Positions 1 to 8,757 of a DNA stretch of 12,680 nucleotides are shown here, one piece after another (the stretch's first letter is position 1; every line of letters starts with the position of its first letter). The notes beneath the pieces are model-generated. The model was not told the origin of the DNA. It searched no databases and was given only the letters and a program-made list of their open reading frames with translations. This DNA is from a bacterium (GTDB taxonomy: Bacteria; RBG-13-61-14; DATKZS01), in the NCBI GenBank assembly GCA_046484135.1, contig JAWOBU010000075.1:1-12680 (forward strand). Reading direction: 5' to 3'. Made by a program: the position numbers and the translations under genes.

Positions 1-612
1 CTGGCCGGCATTCAGGGCGCCATCGAGATACTGAATGAAAACTGGGCCGGCATGGACGATAGCGAGAGATACCGTTTTCTCACCATGATAGACAATGACG
101 TGAAGCGCATGGAAAGGCTCGTTAAAAGACTCACCCTGCTTACAAAAATTGAGATAACCGAGCAGGGGTCCGCCCGGACCGACCTTGCCGAGCTGGTCGG
201 CTCCATGGTGAACCGCTATCAGGAGGCCGGCAAAGACATCGAGCTCGAGTGTAAAACCGGAAAAGCGATGGCGAACATAGCGCCGGACATGGCGGAGACG
301 CTTTTCACCAATCTTTTGGAGAACGCGTTTACTCACGGGAAGGGCTCACCGGTTACGGTTACTATTCAGGAAGGTCCCGAGGTCTCGGTCCGCGACCGGG
401 GACCGGGCATATCCGAGGCCAACCAGAGACGGGTGTTTGAAAGGTTCTTTACTACCGCCCGCCAAGAAGGAGGAACCGGCCTGGGTCTTGCCATGGTCAA
501 GGCCATAGCCGACGCTTGCGAGGCGGAGGTAAGGCTGGAATCGAGTGAAAAGGGAACTGAGTTCCGGGTTGTTTTCAGACCCGCCTCAAAAGAGAGTTCC
601 AGGCAACAATAA
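1..612 (+). CDS. Two-component sensor histidine kinase, C-terminal part (HisKA + HATPase_c), 5'-truncated by window edge
   Basis: Frame 1 is open from base 1 (LAGIQGAIEILNENWAGMDDSERYRFL..., the helix that follows the H-box). It has an N box LFTNLLENAFTH, G1 DRGPGI, F box VFERFFT and G2 GTGLGL, and ends at TAA 610-612. The ATG at 52 is internal. A CreC/ChvG-like resemblance is my impression only. Confidence 0.93.
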   Translation: MAGIQGAIEILNENWAGMDDSERYRFLTMIDNDVKRMERLVKRLTLLTKIEITEQGSARTDLAELVGSMVNRYQEAGKDIELECKTGKAMANIAPDMAETLFTNLLENAFTHGKGSPVTVTIQEGPEVSVRDRGPGISEANQRRVFERFFTTARQEGGTGLGLAMVKAIADACEAEVRLESSEKGTEFRVVFRPASKESSRQQ

Positions 613-630
613 GTCCAGAAACCGGAAAGA

Positions 631-636
631 AGGAGG
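631..636 (+). promoter_or_regulatory. Shine-Dalgarno site for the alpha-2-macroglobulin gene
   Basis: AGGAGG at 631-636, 7 nt upstream of ATG 644. Confidence 0.85.
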
Positions 637-643
637 ATTCGTT

Positions 644-3600
644 ATGAAAACGGCAAAAATTTTAGCGTTATTATTGTTACTCTTTACCTGGGCTTCCGCA
701 GGTCCGGAGTGCAGCCGGGACAAGCCCGCGACTTCGACCGTACACCAGGCCAAGGAAGAAGCCCTGAAAAATGCGCTGGCTCCTTCAGGGAAAGAGAAGA
801 GCATTCTTCCGGTTGACCTGAATTCCAGCGCCAAGGCAGAGGTCAAGAAAAAATCCAAAGAAGAAGAGGAAAATGAGTTTCCGGGTACGCCCGAGTTTTC
901 AGCCCAAAGGTCTCCCGACCGGATCAGGATCAAGTTCTCCCAAAACATGGTCCTCTCAGAAAAGGTAAAAAAAGAGACCGGCTCCGATACCATAGTATGG
1001 ACAGACCCCCAGATAAAAAGCGACCTGTACTGGGAGGGCAGAAAAACCCTGGTACTGAAGCCGGAAGAGCCACTTCCGTTTTTTGAAGGGTTCCAGGTGG
1101 AGCTGGTGCGGCTCGACACCAAAAGGGGGGTTGTACGTTCACCCGAGCCTGATGCCTGGAAGGCCTCTTTCAAACTTACCAGGCTCGAGCTCGATGACAT
1201 AAAGGTCGAGAGCGTGGATTACCCGGGCCGCAAAGTCAAGGTGCTTCTCGAGTTCAACGGCAAAGTGGACCGGAAAAGCCTCACGAAAAAGATTTCCATA
1301 AGCGTGAACAACGAGAAGATAAACGATTTCGAGCTGTCCGTGGAAGAAGCGCCCGGGAAAATACTTCTCGTTGCCCCTATGCCCAGGCCCCGGCTTACTA
1401 ATAAGCTCCGGGTCGAAGTCAAAAAGAACGTAAAGGCGGAAGACAGCGGGAAAGCGACCTCTGCGGCTTACGCAAAGACCATCGAGCTGAAAGACCCCAA
1501 GTCCCTTTCCATCAGGGACGTAGACGTGGAAGAAGGGGCGCGCGGTTATTACCTGGAGGTCCGCTGCCGCGACTATGAAAGAAGGCATTCCTACAAGTGC
1601 GACGTGGCTGAAGACGAGCTGAAAAACAAGGTGAGCATTGATCCAGCAGTCGAGCCGACCTTTGCCAACGAAAGAAGGGGCTTTAAAATCTTCGGCGGCT
1701 TCGAGGCCCGAGAGTACACCTTGAAGATCGAAAAGGGCATGGTCTCCGACCACGGCGCTATCTTAAAACGCGACTTCAAAAAGAAGCTCGAGATACAAAA
1801 GAGGACCCCCAAGGCCTCCTTCATGACCAAGGGACGCTACCTGCCCGGCCATTATCTTACCCGCATCCCGGTACGCCACATCAACGTGGACCAAGTGGAA
1901 ATCCGGGCACGCCGGGTGCCGGAGAAGAACCTGGTCTTCTGGATGTCCGGCCGAAAAGAAGACCTCGGCGACCGGACCTCGGACCTTATCGGTGAAAGAA
2001 CTTATCGCGTCCCCAACCGGCAGGATGAAAAGATCACCTCGTGGCTCGACCTTTCCGCGCTCGTGCCTCGAAATAAAAAAGGGGTCTTCGAGTTCACGGT
2101 AAAAGGAGCAAAAAGCAGTGACTCCATCCGAGTGGTCCTGACCGATATGACCATGGTGGCAAAGCGCTTTGGAAAGGAAGGCAGGGACCTTTATACCTGG
2201 ATCATGGACGCGGAAAGCCTTGCGCCTCGAAAAAACGTCCGGGTGCAGTTGGTAACCACGAGCAACCGCACGCTCGCATCCGCTGTGACCGACGGAAACG
2301 GCCTTGCCAGGTTCCAAAGCGTAAAAGACCCGATGGAGCAGGCGGACAAAAAGCCTTTCGCCATAGTGGCCGAAGACGGTTCCGACCTTACCTTTTTGCG
2401 ATTTCAAGACGTGGAAGTACCGCTCTCCGAGTACCCGGTCCAGGGAGAGCCGTATCATTCAAGCCATCCTTACCGGGCAGCGGTCTACACCGACCGGGGC
2501 GTCTACCGTCCCGGCGAGACCGCGCACGTGGCCGCAGTGGTATGGGAGGACGACAACCGCGCTCCCGGCGAAGAGGTGCCGGCGATCGGCAGGCTCAAAG
2601 ACCCGCGCGGAAAGGAAGTGGACAGTGTTACTTCCTTCACCAACAAGGCCGGCATGGTGAGCTTCGACTATAAGCTGCAAGACTTCGCTCCCACCGGAAA
2701 CTACGAGTTCTTCCTCGAGATAGGCGGCAACACCATTGATGTCCATTCCTTTCACGTCGAGGAGTTCGTGCCCGAAAGAATGAAAGTCAAGGTCAAGCCA
2801 GAGGAAAAAGAACAGCTTTACACCGAGCCCTCGGTCTTCAACGTAAAAGCACGCTATCTTTTCGGCGCCGACGCCAAGGGTGCCCGGACCGAGGCCCGCT
2901 GTATCCTGGAGGAGTCCGAGTTAAGTTTTGCAGACCATCCCGGCTACACCTTTGACGTGTGGCGGCCCGAACCTCTGAAGCCGGTACACCTGGACGCGCT
3001 GGAAAAGAAGCTGGATGAAAAGGGCACGGCGAGCATAACCTGCCCGCCGGCCGGCTCGGTCATGTCTGTAAAAGGTCCGGCAAAGGTAAAGGCCATGGTT
3101 TCGGTGTTCGAAAGCGGGAGCGGCAGAACAACCATGGAAACCGGCAGCATGAAGGTCCACCCCGCCCGCTATTACTTCGGCCTGAAAAGCTCGGCGGACA
3201 GTGTGCGAGACGGTCAGAAGGTCGAGGTCAAAGGAATAGTGGTTGACTGGGAAGGCGAGCCGGTAAAGGAGATTGACGGCCTTACGGTAGAGCTCGTGGA
3301 GCTGGAATCGGATTGGGTGTACGAGTATGACCCGGACCTGGGCCGGAGCCATTACCACAGGTACCGGCGGGAGATTCCCCGCTCTTCCAAAAGAGTGAAG
3401 GTTCGCGATGGCCGTTTCAGCTACTCCTTTAGCCATAGCGGCTACGTGGAAGGATACCTGGTCAGGGCCAGGAAAACGGGAAACAACCGGACCGACCTCT
3501 ATCTCTCCGGCAACCGCTATGACTGGTACTGGAGCCGATACTACGGCAGGGGCGGGAAGAGAGACGCCACCCCCGGCCCGCAGGTGCCGGAAGGACTGGC

Positions 3601-6283
3601 CATGCACGTCCCGGACCACATCCGGGTAAACCAGCCGGTCGAGGTGTCCATGAACCTGCCGTATCCGGGGAGGCTTCTCTTTACGGTGGAGACCGACGAG
3701 GTCATAAAGCACAAGTGGATGGAAGCGGAGGAAGGCAAGTTCACCGCCGATTTCACCCTGAAAAAGTTCGCGCCCAACGTCTATGTAACCGCTCTTCTCA
3801 TTAAGGACCCATATCATCAGAGCAAGGACGCATTTATTCCCGGCAGGTCGTACGGGGTCCGCTCGATAAAGGTCGAGCCCACCGAGCACGTGATGGACGT
3901 GCAAGTGGTCGCGCCCGACAAGGTCCAGCCGAACAGCGAGCTCGAGATAGGCTTGCAGGCAGCGCCGCAACAGGGTCCGGTGTTCGCCACCGTGGCCGCG
4001 GTGGACGAAGGAATACTTCAGCTTACCGATTTCCAGAGCCCGAGCCCCCTGGCCGAGCTGTTCAAAAAGCGGGCCCTTGGCGTGGAAACCTTCGAGACCA
4101 TTGGCTGGACCCTGCTGTTGCCTCCTTCGGCAAAGTCGTCCATAACCGGCGGAGACGGCGCCGGCGCCTATGACGCCCGGGGATCGCAATCGCGGGTCCA
4201 GGCGGTAAAGCCGGTCGCTCTCTGGTCCGGGCTCGTGAAACTGGATGAAGAGGGGAGGGCGGACATTAGCTTCCAGGTGCCGACCTACCGCGGCCAGTTG
4301 CGGGTCATGGCTGTGGTCGCAGGACCCGGCCGTGCCGGAAGCGCGAGCACCAGGGTACTGGTAAAAGACCCGCTGGTGCTCCAGCACAGCTTTCCCAGGT
4401 TCCTGATCGCAAAGGACGAGTTCGTGGCGCCCGTGTTCCTGACCAACACCACCGAGGACAAAAAATCCATTACCGTGGAGTTGAGCCACGGAAAAGAGAT
4501 CGAGATAGACGGGAGCGCCAAAAAATCAATAGTGCTGGACCCCGGCCAATCCGGACTGGTGACCTACCTCGGCAAGGTGAATGCGGCTTATGGAACAGCG
4601 AGCTTCGATATTATAGCAAGCGCAGGGGAAATCGTGTCCACCGACCACGTGGACCTGCCCATCCATCTGACCGGAGGAGAGACAAACGAGGTGACCTTTC
4701 AAAAGGTCGAACCCGGCACCAATGATCTCACCCATCTTTTGGACGGGTGGATGCCCCGATACGAGCAGACCACCGTAACCCTTACCAGCAACAAGTACGG
4801 AAAAGAGCTTTCCCATCTGAAGTACCTCGTGCGCTATCCCTACGGCTGCATCGAGCAGACCACGTCCACCATGCGGCCCCTGCTCTTTATAAGCAACCTG
4901 GTGCCGTCCATAGACCCCCAGCTATTGAAGGACGGATCTATCGAGGACATGGTCATGCACGGCATCTACCGGATACTGAGCATGCAGAACTCCGACGGAG
5001 GGTTCTCCTACTGGCCCGGCAGGCGCAATAGCTCCTTATGGTCAACAACCTATGCCACCCACTTACTCATGGAGGCCATTGATGCGGGATACCCGGTGGA
5101 CAAGAAAAAGCTGGACAAGGCAGTAGCCTTTCTGGAAAAGAAGTTGACCTACTCGGCGAGTCCGAGAGGGAGCCGCCGCAACCATCATAGGTACGTGAAC
5201 ACCGAACCCTATATGCACTTCATTCTGGCCAAGGCCGGAAAGGGAAGGATCAAAAGAGTAAGAAACCTGATTGACAATCCGCCGGAGAAGGAGTGGGACC
5301 GTCTTAAAACAGAGAACATGTTCTTGTTAAAGGCCGCTCTTTACATGATGGGAGACCACACTTATGAACATGATTTACGGCATCCGAGCGCAAAGATGAA
5401 AGAAGGCCGCAAAAACGACTGGACCTTCTGGTCATCGCTCCGGACCAAGGGCATCATGCTGAACATCACCGAAGACATAATGCCCGGTAACCCCGGCACC
5501 GCCCCGCTCGCGAAGAATGTTGCCGAGAACCTTCAAAGAAGAAGCTTTCATTACACCACCCAGGACCTGGGCTGGTGCATAAGCGGTCTCGGTCGAAGGT
5601 CGGCAGGTGGTGCGAAGAGCTGGAAGAACCCGCGTCTTTACCTGGACGGTAAGAAAATACCGCCGGCGGAAAAAGCCAAAGACGAAAACAAGGCCACTGG
5701 CTGGAGCATAAAAGGAGCGAGCGGTGCTGATAAGCTGGCCTTGAGCGTGGACTCCATCTCCGGCGGAGACCTGTACGCCCTGGTCCGGGTGGAAGGCATA
5801 AAGCCGGGCGCGTCCGTGCAGACCGGCGACCATTCCATCAAGGCCGAGCGCACCTACCGGCACGAGTCAGGAAAGCCGCTTTCCATGGACGAGATCGAAG
5901 TGGGCGAGCTCGTGTTTGTCGAGCTTACCCTGATCAACAGGGGCCGTCAGACCATTGAAAACGTGGCCCTGGTGGACAGGTTCGCGGCGGGGTTCGAGAT
6001 CGAGAACCCGAGGCTGGGAAGGAAACACGTGGCCAAGTGGTTCGACGCCAAGAAGCTGTGGAACACGGATTACATGAACATGCGCGACAGCAGGATCGAG
6101 TTCTTCGGAAAGCTTGGTTCCAGGAAAGAGGTCAAACTGGTCTATGCCATGCGCGCGGTTACGGGCGGACGTTTCTATACGCCTCCGGTCCGCGCGGAGG
6201 CCATGTACAAGCCCTCTATCTGGTCGCAGAAAGCGGGAGAGACCGCAGTCATATCCGATCCGTGGGGAGTAATCATAAACTGA
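644..6283 (+). CDS. yfhM: Bacterial alpha-2-macroglobulin (YfhM-like thioester protein), 1879 aa
   Basis: ATG 644 with SD and an N-terminal signal peptide MKTAKILALLLLLFTWASA. It has the MG2 motif YTDRGVYRPGET, FHVEEFVPERMKV, AAVDEGILQLTDF, a bait-region GGDG (4148-4159), the thioester motif YPYGCIEQ (CIEQ at 4847-4858), QNSDGGFSYW and C-terminal GFEIENPRL and RAVTGGRFYTPPVRAEAMY. Stop TGA 6281-6283. Confidence 0.96.
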   Translation: MKTAKILALLLLLFTWASAGPECSRDKPATSTVHQAKEEALKNALAPSGKEKSILPVDLNSSAKAEVKKKSKEEEENEFPGTPEFSAQRSPDRIRIKFSQNMVLSEKVKKETGSDTIVWTDPQIKSDLYWEGRKTLVLKPEEPLPFFEGFQVELVRLDTKRGVVRSPEPDAWKASFKLTRLELDDIKVESVDYPGRKVKVLLEFNGKVDRKSLTKKISISVNNEKINDFELSVEEAPGKILLVAPMPRPRLTNKLRVEVKKNVKAEDSGKATSAAYAKTIELKDPKSLSIRDVDVEEGARGYYLEVRCRDYERRHSYKCDVAEDELKNKVSIDPAVEPTFANERRGFKIFGGFEAREYTLKIEKGMVSDHGAILKRDFKKKLEIQKRTPKASFMTKGRYLPGHYLTRIPVRHINVDQVEIRARRVPEKNLVFWMSGRKEDLGDRTSDLIGERTYRVPNRQDEKITSWLDLSALVPRNKKGVFEFTVKGAKSSDSIRVVLTDMTMVAKRFGKEGRDLYTWIMDAESLAPRKNVRVQLVTTSNRTLASAVTDGNGLARFQSVKDPMEQADKKPFAIVAEDGSDLTFLRFQDVEVPLSEYPVQGEPYHSSHPYRAAVYTDRGVYRPGETAHVAAVVWEDDNRAPGEEVPAIGRLKDPRGKEVDSVTSFTNKAGMVSFDYKLQDFAPTGNYEFFLEIGGNTIDVHSFHVEEFVPERMKVKVKPEEKEQLYTEPSVFNVKARYLFGADAKGARTEARCILEESELSFADHPGYTFDVWRPEPLKPVHLDALEKKLDEKGTASITCPPAGSVMSVKGPAKVKAMVSVFESGSGRTTMETGSMKVHPARYYFGLKSSADSVRDGQKVEVKGIVVDWEGEPVKEIDGLTVELVELESDWVYEYDPDLGRSHYHRYRREIPRSSKRVKVRDGRFSYSFSHSGYVEGYLVRARKTGNNRTDLYLSGNRYDWYWSRYYGRGGKRDATPGPQVPEGLAMHVPDHIRVNQPVEVSMNLPYPGRLLFTVETDEVIKHKWMEAEEGKFTADFTLKKFAPNVYVTALLIKDPYHQSKDAFIPGRSYGVRSIKVEPTEHVMDVQVVAPDKVQPNSELEIGLQAAPQQGPVFATVAAVDEGILQLTDFQSPSPLAELFKKRALGVETFETIGWTLLLPPSAKSSITGGDGAGAYDARGSQSRVQAVKPVALWSGLVKLDEEGRADISFQVPTYRGQLRVMAVVAGPGRAGSASTRVLVKDPLVLQHSFPRFLIAKDEFVAPVFLTNTTEDKKSITVELSHGKEIEIDGSAKKSIVLDPGQSGLVTYLGKVNAAYGTASFDIIASAGEIVSTDHVDLPIHLTGGETNEVTFQKVEPGTNDLTHLLDGWMPRYEQTTVTLTSNKYGKELSHLKYLVRYPYGCIEQTTSTMRPLLFISNLVPSIDPQLLKDGSIEDMVMHGIYRILSMQNSDGGFSYWPGRRNSSLWSTTYATHLLMEAIDAGYPVDKKKLDKAVAFLEKKLTYSASPRGSRRNHHRYVNTEPYMHFILAKAGKGRIKRVRNLIDNPPEKEWDRLKTENMFLLKAALYMMGDHTYEHDLRHPSAKMKEGRKNDWTFWSSLRTKGIMLNITEDIMPGNPGTAPLAKNVAENLQRRSFHYTTQDLGWCISGLGRRSAGGAKSWKNPRLYLDGKKIPPAEKAKDENKATGWSIKGASGADKLALSVDSISGGDLYALVRVEGIKPGASVQTGDHSIKAERTYRHESGKPLSMDEIEVGELVFVELTLINRGRQTIENVALVDRFAAGFEIENPRLGRKHVAKWFDAKKLWNTDYMNMRDSRIEFFGKLGSRKEVKLVYAMRAVTGGRFYTPPVRAEAMYKPSIWSQKAGETAVISDPWGVIIN

Positions 6284-6296
6284 CGGAGACGAGGTT

Positions 6297-8642
6297 TTGA
6301 GAAGAAGACTCATAAAAGCTCTGATCGGATCAGTCCTTGCGGCCGCGGTGCTTGTTACCGCCGGCATCGTGGCCGCCTGGACGGTCCCCCTGCCGGAAAG
6401 AATCAAGAAACCTTCGTCGCGCGTTGTCGAGTATGATGACGGAACCCCCATGTGCGTCTTCTTGAGCCCGGACGACAAGTGGCGCATCCGGGTCGGTCTT
6501 TCCGAGGTGGACCCGCAGTTTGTAGAGGCGCTCCTAGCGTACGAGGACGAGAGGTTTTATTACCATCCCGGCGTGGACCCGGTTGCCATTGTTCGCGCCG
6601 TTTACACCAACATGACCGCGGGCGAGATCGTAAGCGGCGCCAGCACCATAACCATGCAGCTTGTGAAGATACTCGAACCGAGACCCAGGACCTACTTCGC
6701 AAAGGCGGTGGAAGCACTGCGCGCAGTACAACTGGAACTGCGCTTCGACAAGAAAGAGATACTCGAGCTATATCTCGCTTACGTCCCCTATGGGAAAAAC
6801 CTGGAAGGCGTGGAAGCCGCGTCGCTCGCCTTTTTCGGCCATCGGGCCGGCGAGCTCTCCGCCTTTGAAACGGCGTATCTTCTCGGAGTGCCGCAGGACC
6901 CCAACTATCGCTATCCGGCTCCCGAGAACACTGTGCGTATGGAAAAGGTGATAAGCAGGATTGCAGCCAGGCTACAGGAAAACGGAGTGCTCGATGGCGA
7001 ACAGGCAGCGCGGGTGAGGTCCCGTTCCGTTCCCGCCAGGATGAAAGAGTTTCCCAGGGACAACCTGCATACGGCCTACTTCCTTGCCGAGAGAATTGAC
7101 GGCAAAAGGATTAAAAGCACCATTAACAAGAACGTACAAGAGACCGTGCAAAACGTGCTGGACTCTTATCGCTCGCGCATGAACTCCATGGGCATCCATA
7201 ACGCCGCCATAGTAGTCATGGAGAACAAAAACAACACCGTGGCCGCGGCCGCGGGCAACTTTGACTTCTGGGACCATGAACACGAGGGACAGGTGCCCGG
7301 TTTCGATGCCCCCCGCTCGCCCGGCTCGGCCATGAAGCCGTTTGTTTACGCCATGGCCATAGACAGGGGGCTGGCCCTTCCGTCTTTTCTGGTCGCGGAC
7401 GTGCCGGTGAGCTACTCGGGGTATGAGCCGGTGAACTATGGCCACCGCTATCGCGGGCTGGTGGCATTGGAGGACGCCCTTGCCAAGAGCTTGAACATAC
7501 CCTTTGTGGACCTCCTGGCAAAGCTCGGTCTGGATGAATATCTGGAGTTCTTGCGTGAAGGAGGATTGACCACGCTATCGGATGAGCCGGGATACTACGG
7601 CCTCTCCATCGCCATCGGCAGTCTCGAGGTCAAACCCATCGAGCTGGCAAGCCTCTATGCCATGCTATCGAGAAACGGGACCCACATGGACGTGGCCTGG
7701 ACCGCGGACCAGGAAAGGGAAAAGCCCGCGCCGCTTCTCGCCCCCGGCGCATGTTTTCTGACCCGCCAGGCCTTGCGAAGAAGGAACCGGCCCGACTTTC
7801 CCGGCAAAAGGATGTCAACAACACTTTTGCCCCGGGTCTTCTGGAAAACGGGAACCTCGGCCTTTCATAAAGACGCCTGGGCAGTGGGCGGAAACATGGA
7901 GTACACAGCGGCTGTTTGGGTCGGAAACTTTGACGGCTCTCCCAGCAGATACCTGGTGGGGAGCGAACGGGCGGGGCCTGTACTCTTTGACGTGCTGGAA
8001 GGCTTACAAGGACCGTCTGCCGAAGAGACTTATGAAAAACAGCCCGGGGACTTGATCCGCGTCAAGGTCTGTTCCTTCTCCGGACACATAGCCACCAGAC
8101 ATTGCCCGCATTCCAGGAGTGCACTGGCGCCCAAAGACAGCCTGCCTTTTAAAAAGTGCCCCTTTCACAAGAAGTACATGGTTGACAAACAGACGGGCTT
8201 TAGGACCAATGCCTTGTGCGCGGCCGGCAGGCCGGTCGAGTCCAGGGTGTTCACCGTACTTCCCGCTTCCGTGAAAAGATGGATATCCGACACCAGGCTC
8301 CAGGCGCCGGTACTGCCGCCGGTGGACCCCTTGTGCAGGCAGACGGACACCGGCGGAGGGCCGCGCATCATAACCCCCGGAGACGACGCCGTCTTCTTCA
8401 TGGTTCCAGGCCTTGCGCCCGACAAGCAGGAAATAGTAATGAAAGCGGAAGCCGGCCCCGGCGTGGAACATCTCTACTGGTTCGTGGACGGAAGGTTCTT
8501 TCAAAAAGCCTCTTCCCATGAGCGGGTCTGGATGAAACCATCGCCCGGCAACCACCGCATTCGCGTAATGGACCCCGCAGGCAAAGACGACAGCATCTCC
8601 GTAATGATCATGGCTTCCGGCAGGAGAAAAAGCCGCTTCTGA
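6297..8642 (+). CDS. pbpC: Penicillin-binding protein 1C (transglycosylase + transpeptidase + C-terminal beta domain)
   Basis: TTG start 13 nt after the alpha-2-macroglobulin stop, with GGAG at 6285-6288. It has an N-terminal membrane anchor, GT51 motifs EDERFYYHPGVD and GASTITMQLVK, transpeptidase motifs SAMK (SxxK), SLN (SxN) and KTGT, and a C-terminal YWFVDG...PGNHRIRVMD domain typical of PBP1C. Its position is the canonical one, right after alpha-2-macroglobulin. Confidence 0.95.
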   Translation: MRRRLIKALIGSVLAAAVLVTAGIVAAWTVPLPERIKKPSSRVVEYDDGTPMCVFLSPDDKWRIRVGLSEVDPQFVEALLAYEDERFYYHPGVDPVAIVRAVYTNMTAGEIVSGASTITMQLVKILEPRPRTYFAKAVEALRAVQLELRFDKKEILELYLAYVPYGKNLEGVEAASLAFFGHRAGELSAFETAYLLGVPQDPNYRYPAPENTVRMEKVISRIAARLQENGVLDGEQAARVRSRSVPARMKEFPRDNLHTAYFLAERIDGKRIKSTINKNVQETVQNVLDSYRSRMNSMGIHNAAIVVMENKNNTVAAAAGNFDFWDHEHEGQVPGFDAPRSPGSAMKPFVYAMAIDRGLALPSFLVADVPVSYSGYEPVNYGHRYRGLVALEDALAKSLNIPFVDLLAKLGLDEYLEFLREGGLTTLSDEPGYYGLSIAIGSLEVKPIELASLYAMLSRNGTHMDVAWTADQEREKPAPLLAPGACFLTRQALRRRNRPDFPGKRMSTTLLPRVFWKTGTSAFHKDAWAVGGNMEYTAAVWVGNFDGSPSRYLVGSERAGPVLFDVLEGLQGPSAEETYEKQPGDLIRVKVCSFSGHIATRHCPHSRSALAPKDSLPFKKCPFHKKYMVDKQTGFRTNALCAAGRPVESRVFTVLPASVKRWISDTRLQAPVLPPVDPLCRQTDTGGGPRIITPGDDAVFFMVPGLAPDKQEIVMKAEAGPGVEHLYWFVDGRFFQKASSHERVWMKPSPGNHRIRVMDPAGKDDSISVMIMASGRRKSRF

Positions 8643-8669
8643 TCCCGCTCTCTTTCAACCCGCTTTTTT

Positions 8670-8698
8670 TTGAATCCCGCCTTTTAAACTCATATATT
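8670..8698 (+). promoter_or_regulatory. Putative sigma70-type promoter for the ilvD-like gene
   Basis: TTGAAT (8670-8675), a 17-nt spacer and TATATT (8693-8698), in an AT-rich intergenic gap about 60 nt upstream of ATG 8758. Confidence 0.65.
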
Positions 8699-8744
8699 AA
8701 GCAAAAGAGGACACTGCATCTTTAAGCTCGATCAATTAAAGCCA

Positions 8745-8750
8745 AGGAGG
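8745..8750 (+). promoter_or_regulatory. Shine-Dalgarno site for the ilvD-like gene
   Basis: AGGAGG at 8745-8750, 7 nt upstream of ATG 8758. Confidence 0.85.
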
Positions 8751-8757
8751 AGATATC

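Noticed and set aside
545..643. Longer GTG start for the alpha-2-macroglobulin ORF
   Set aside because: It overlaps the kinase gene and would put 33 residues ahead of the signal peptide. ATG 644 has a perfect SD.
2921..4489. 522-aa antisense ORF, and the other antisense/off-frame ORFs inside the large genes
   Set aside because: They lie wholly within well-supported genes and show no recognisable motifs. Long shadow ORFs are expected with GC-rich third codon positions.
8643..8671. Intrinsic terminator after pbpC (T8 run at 8664-8671)
   Set aside because: No stable hairpin immediately precedes the T-run.
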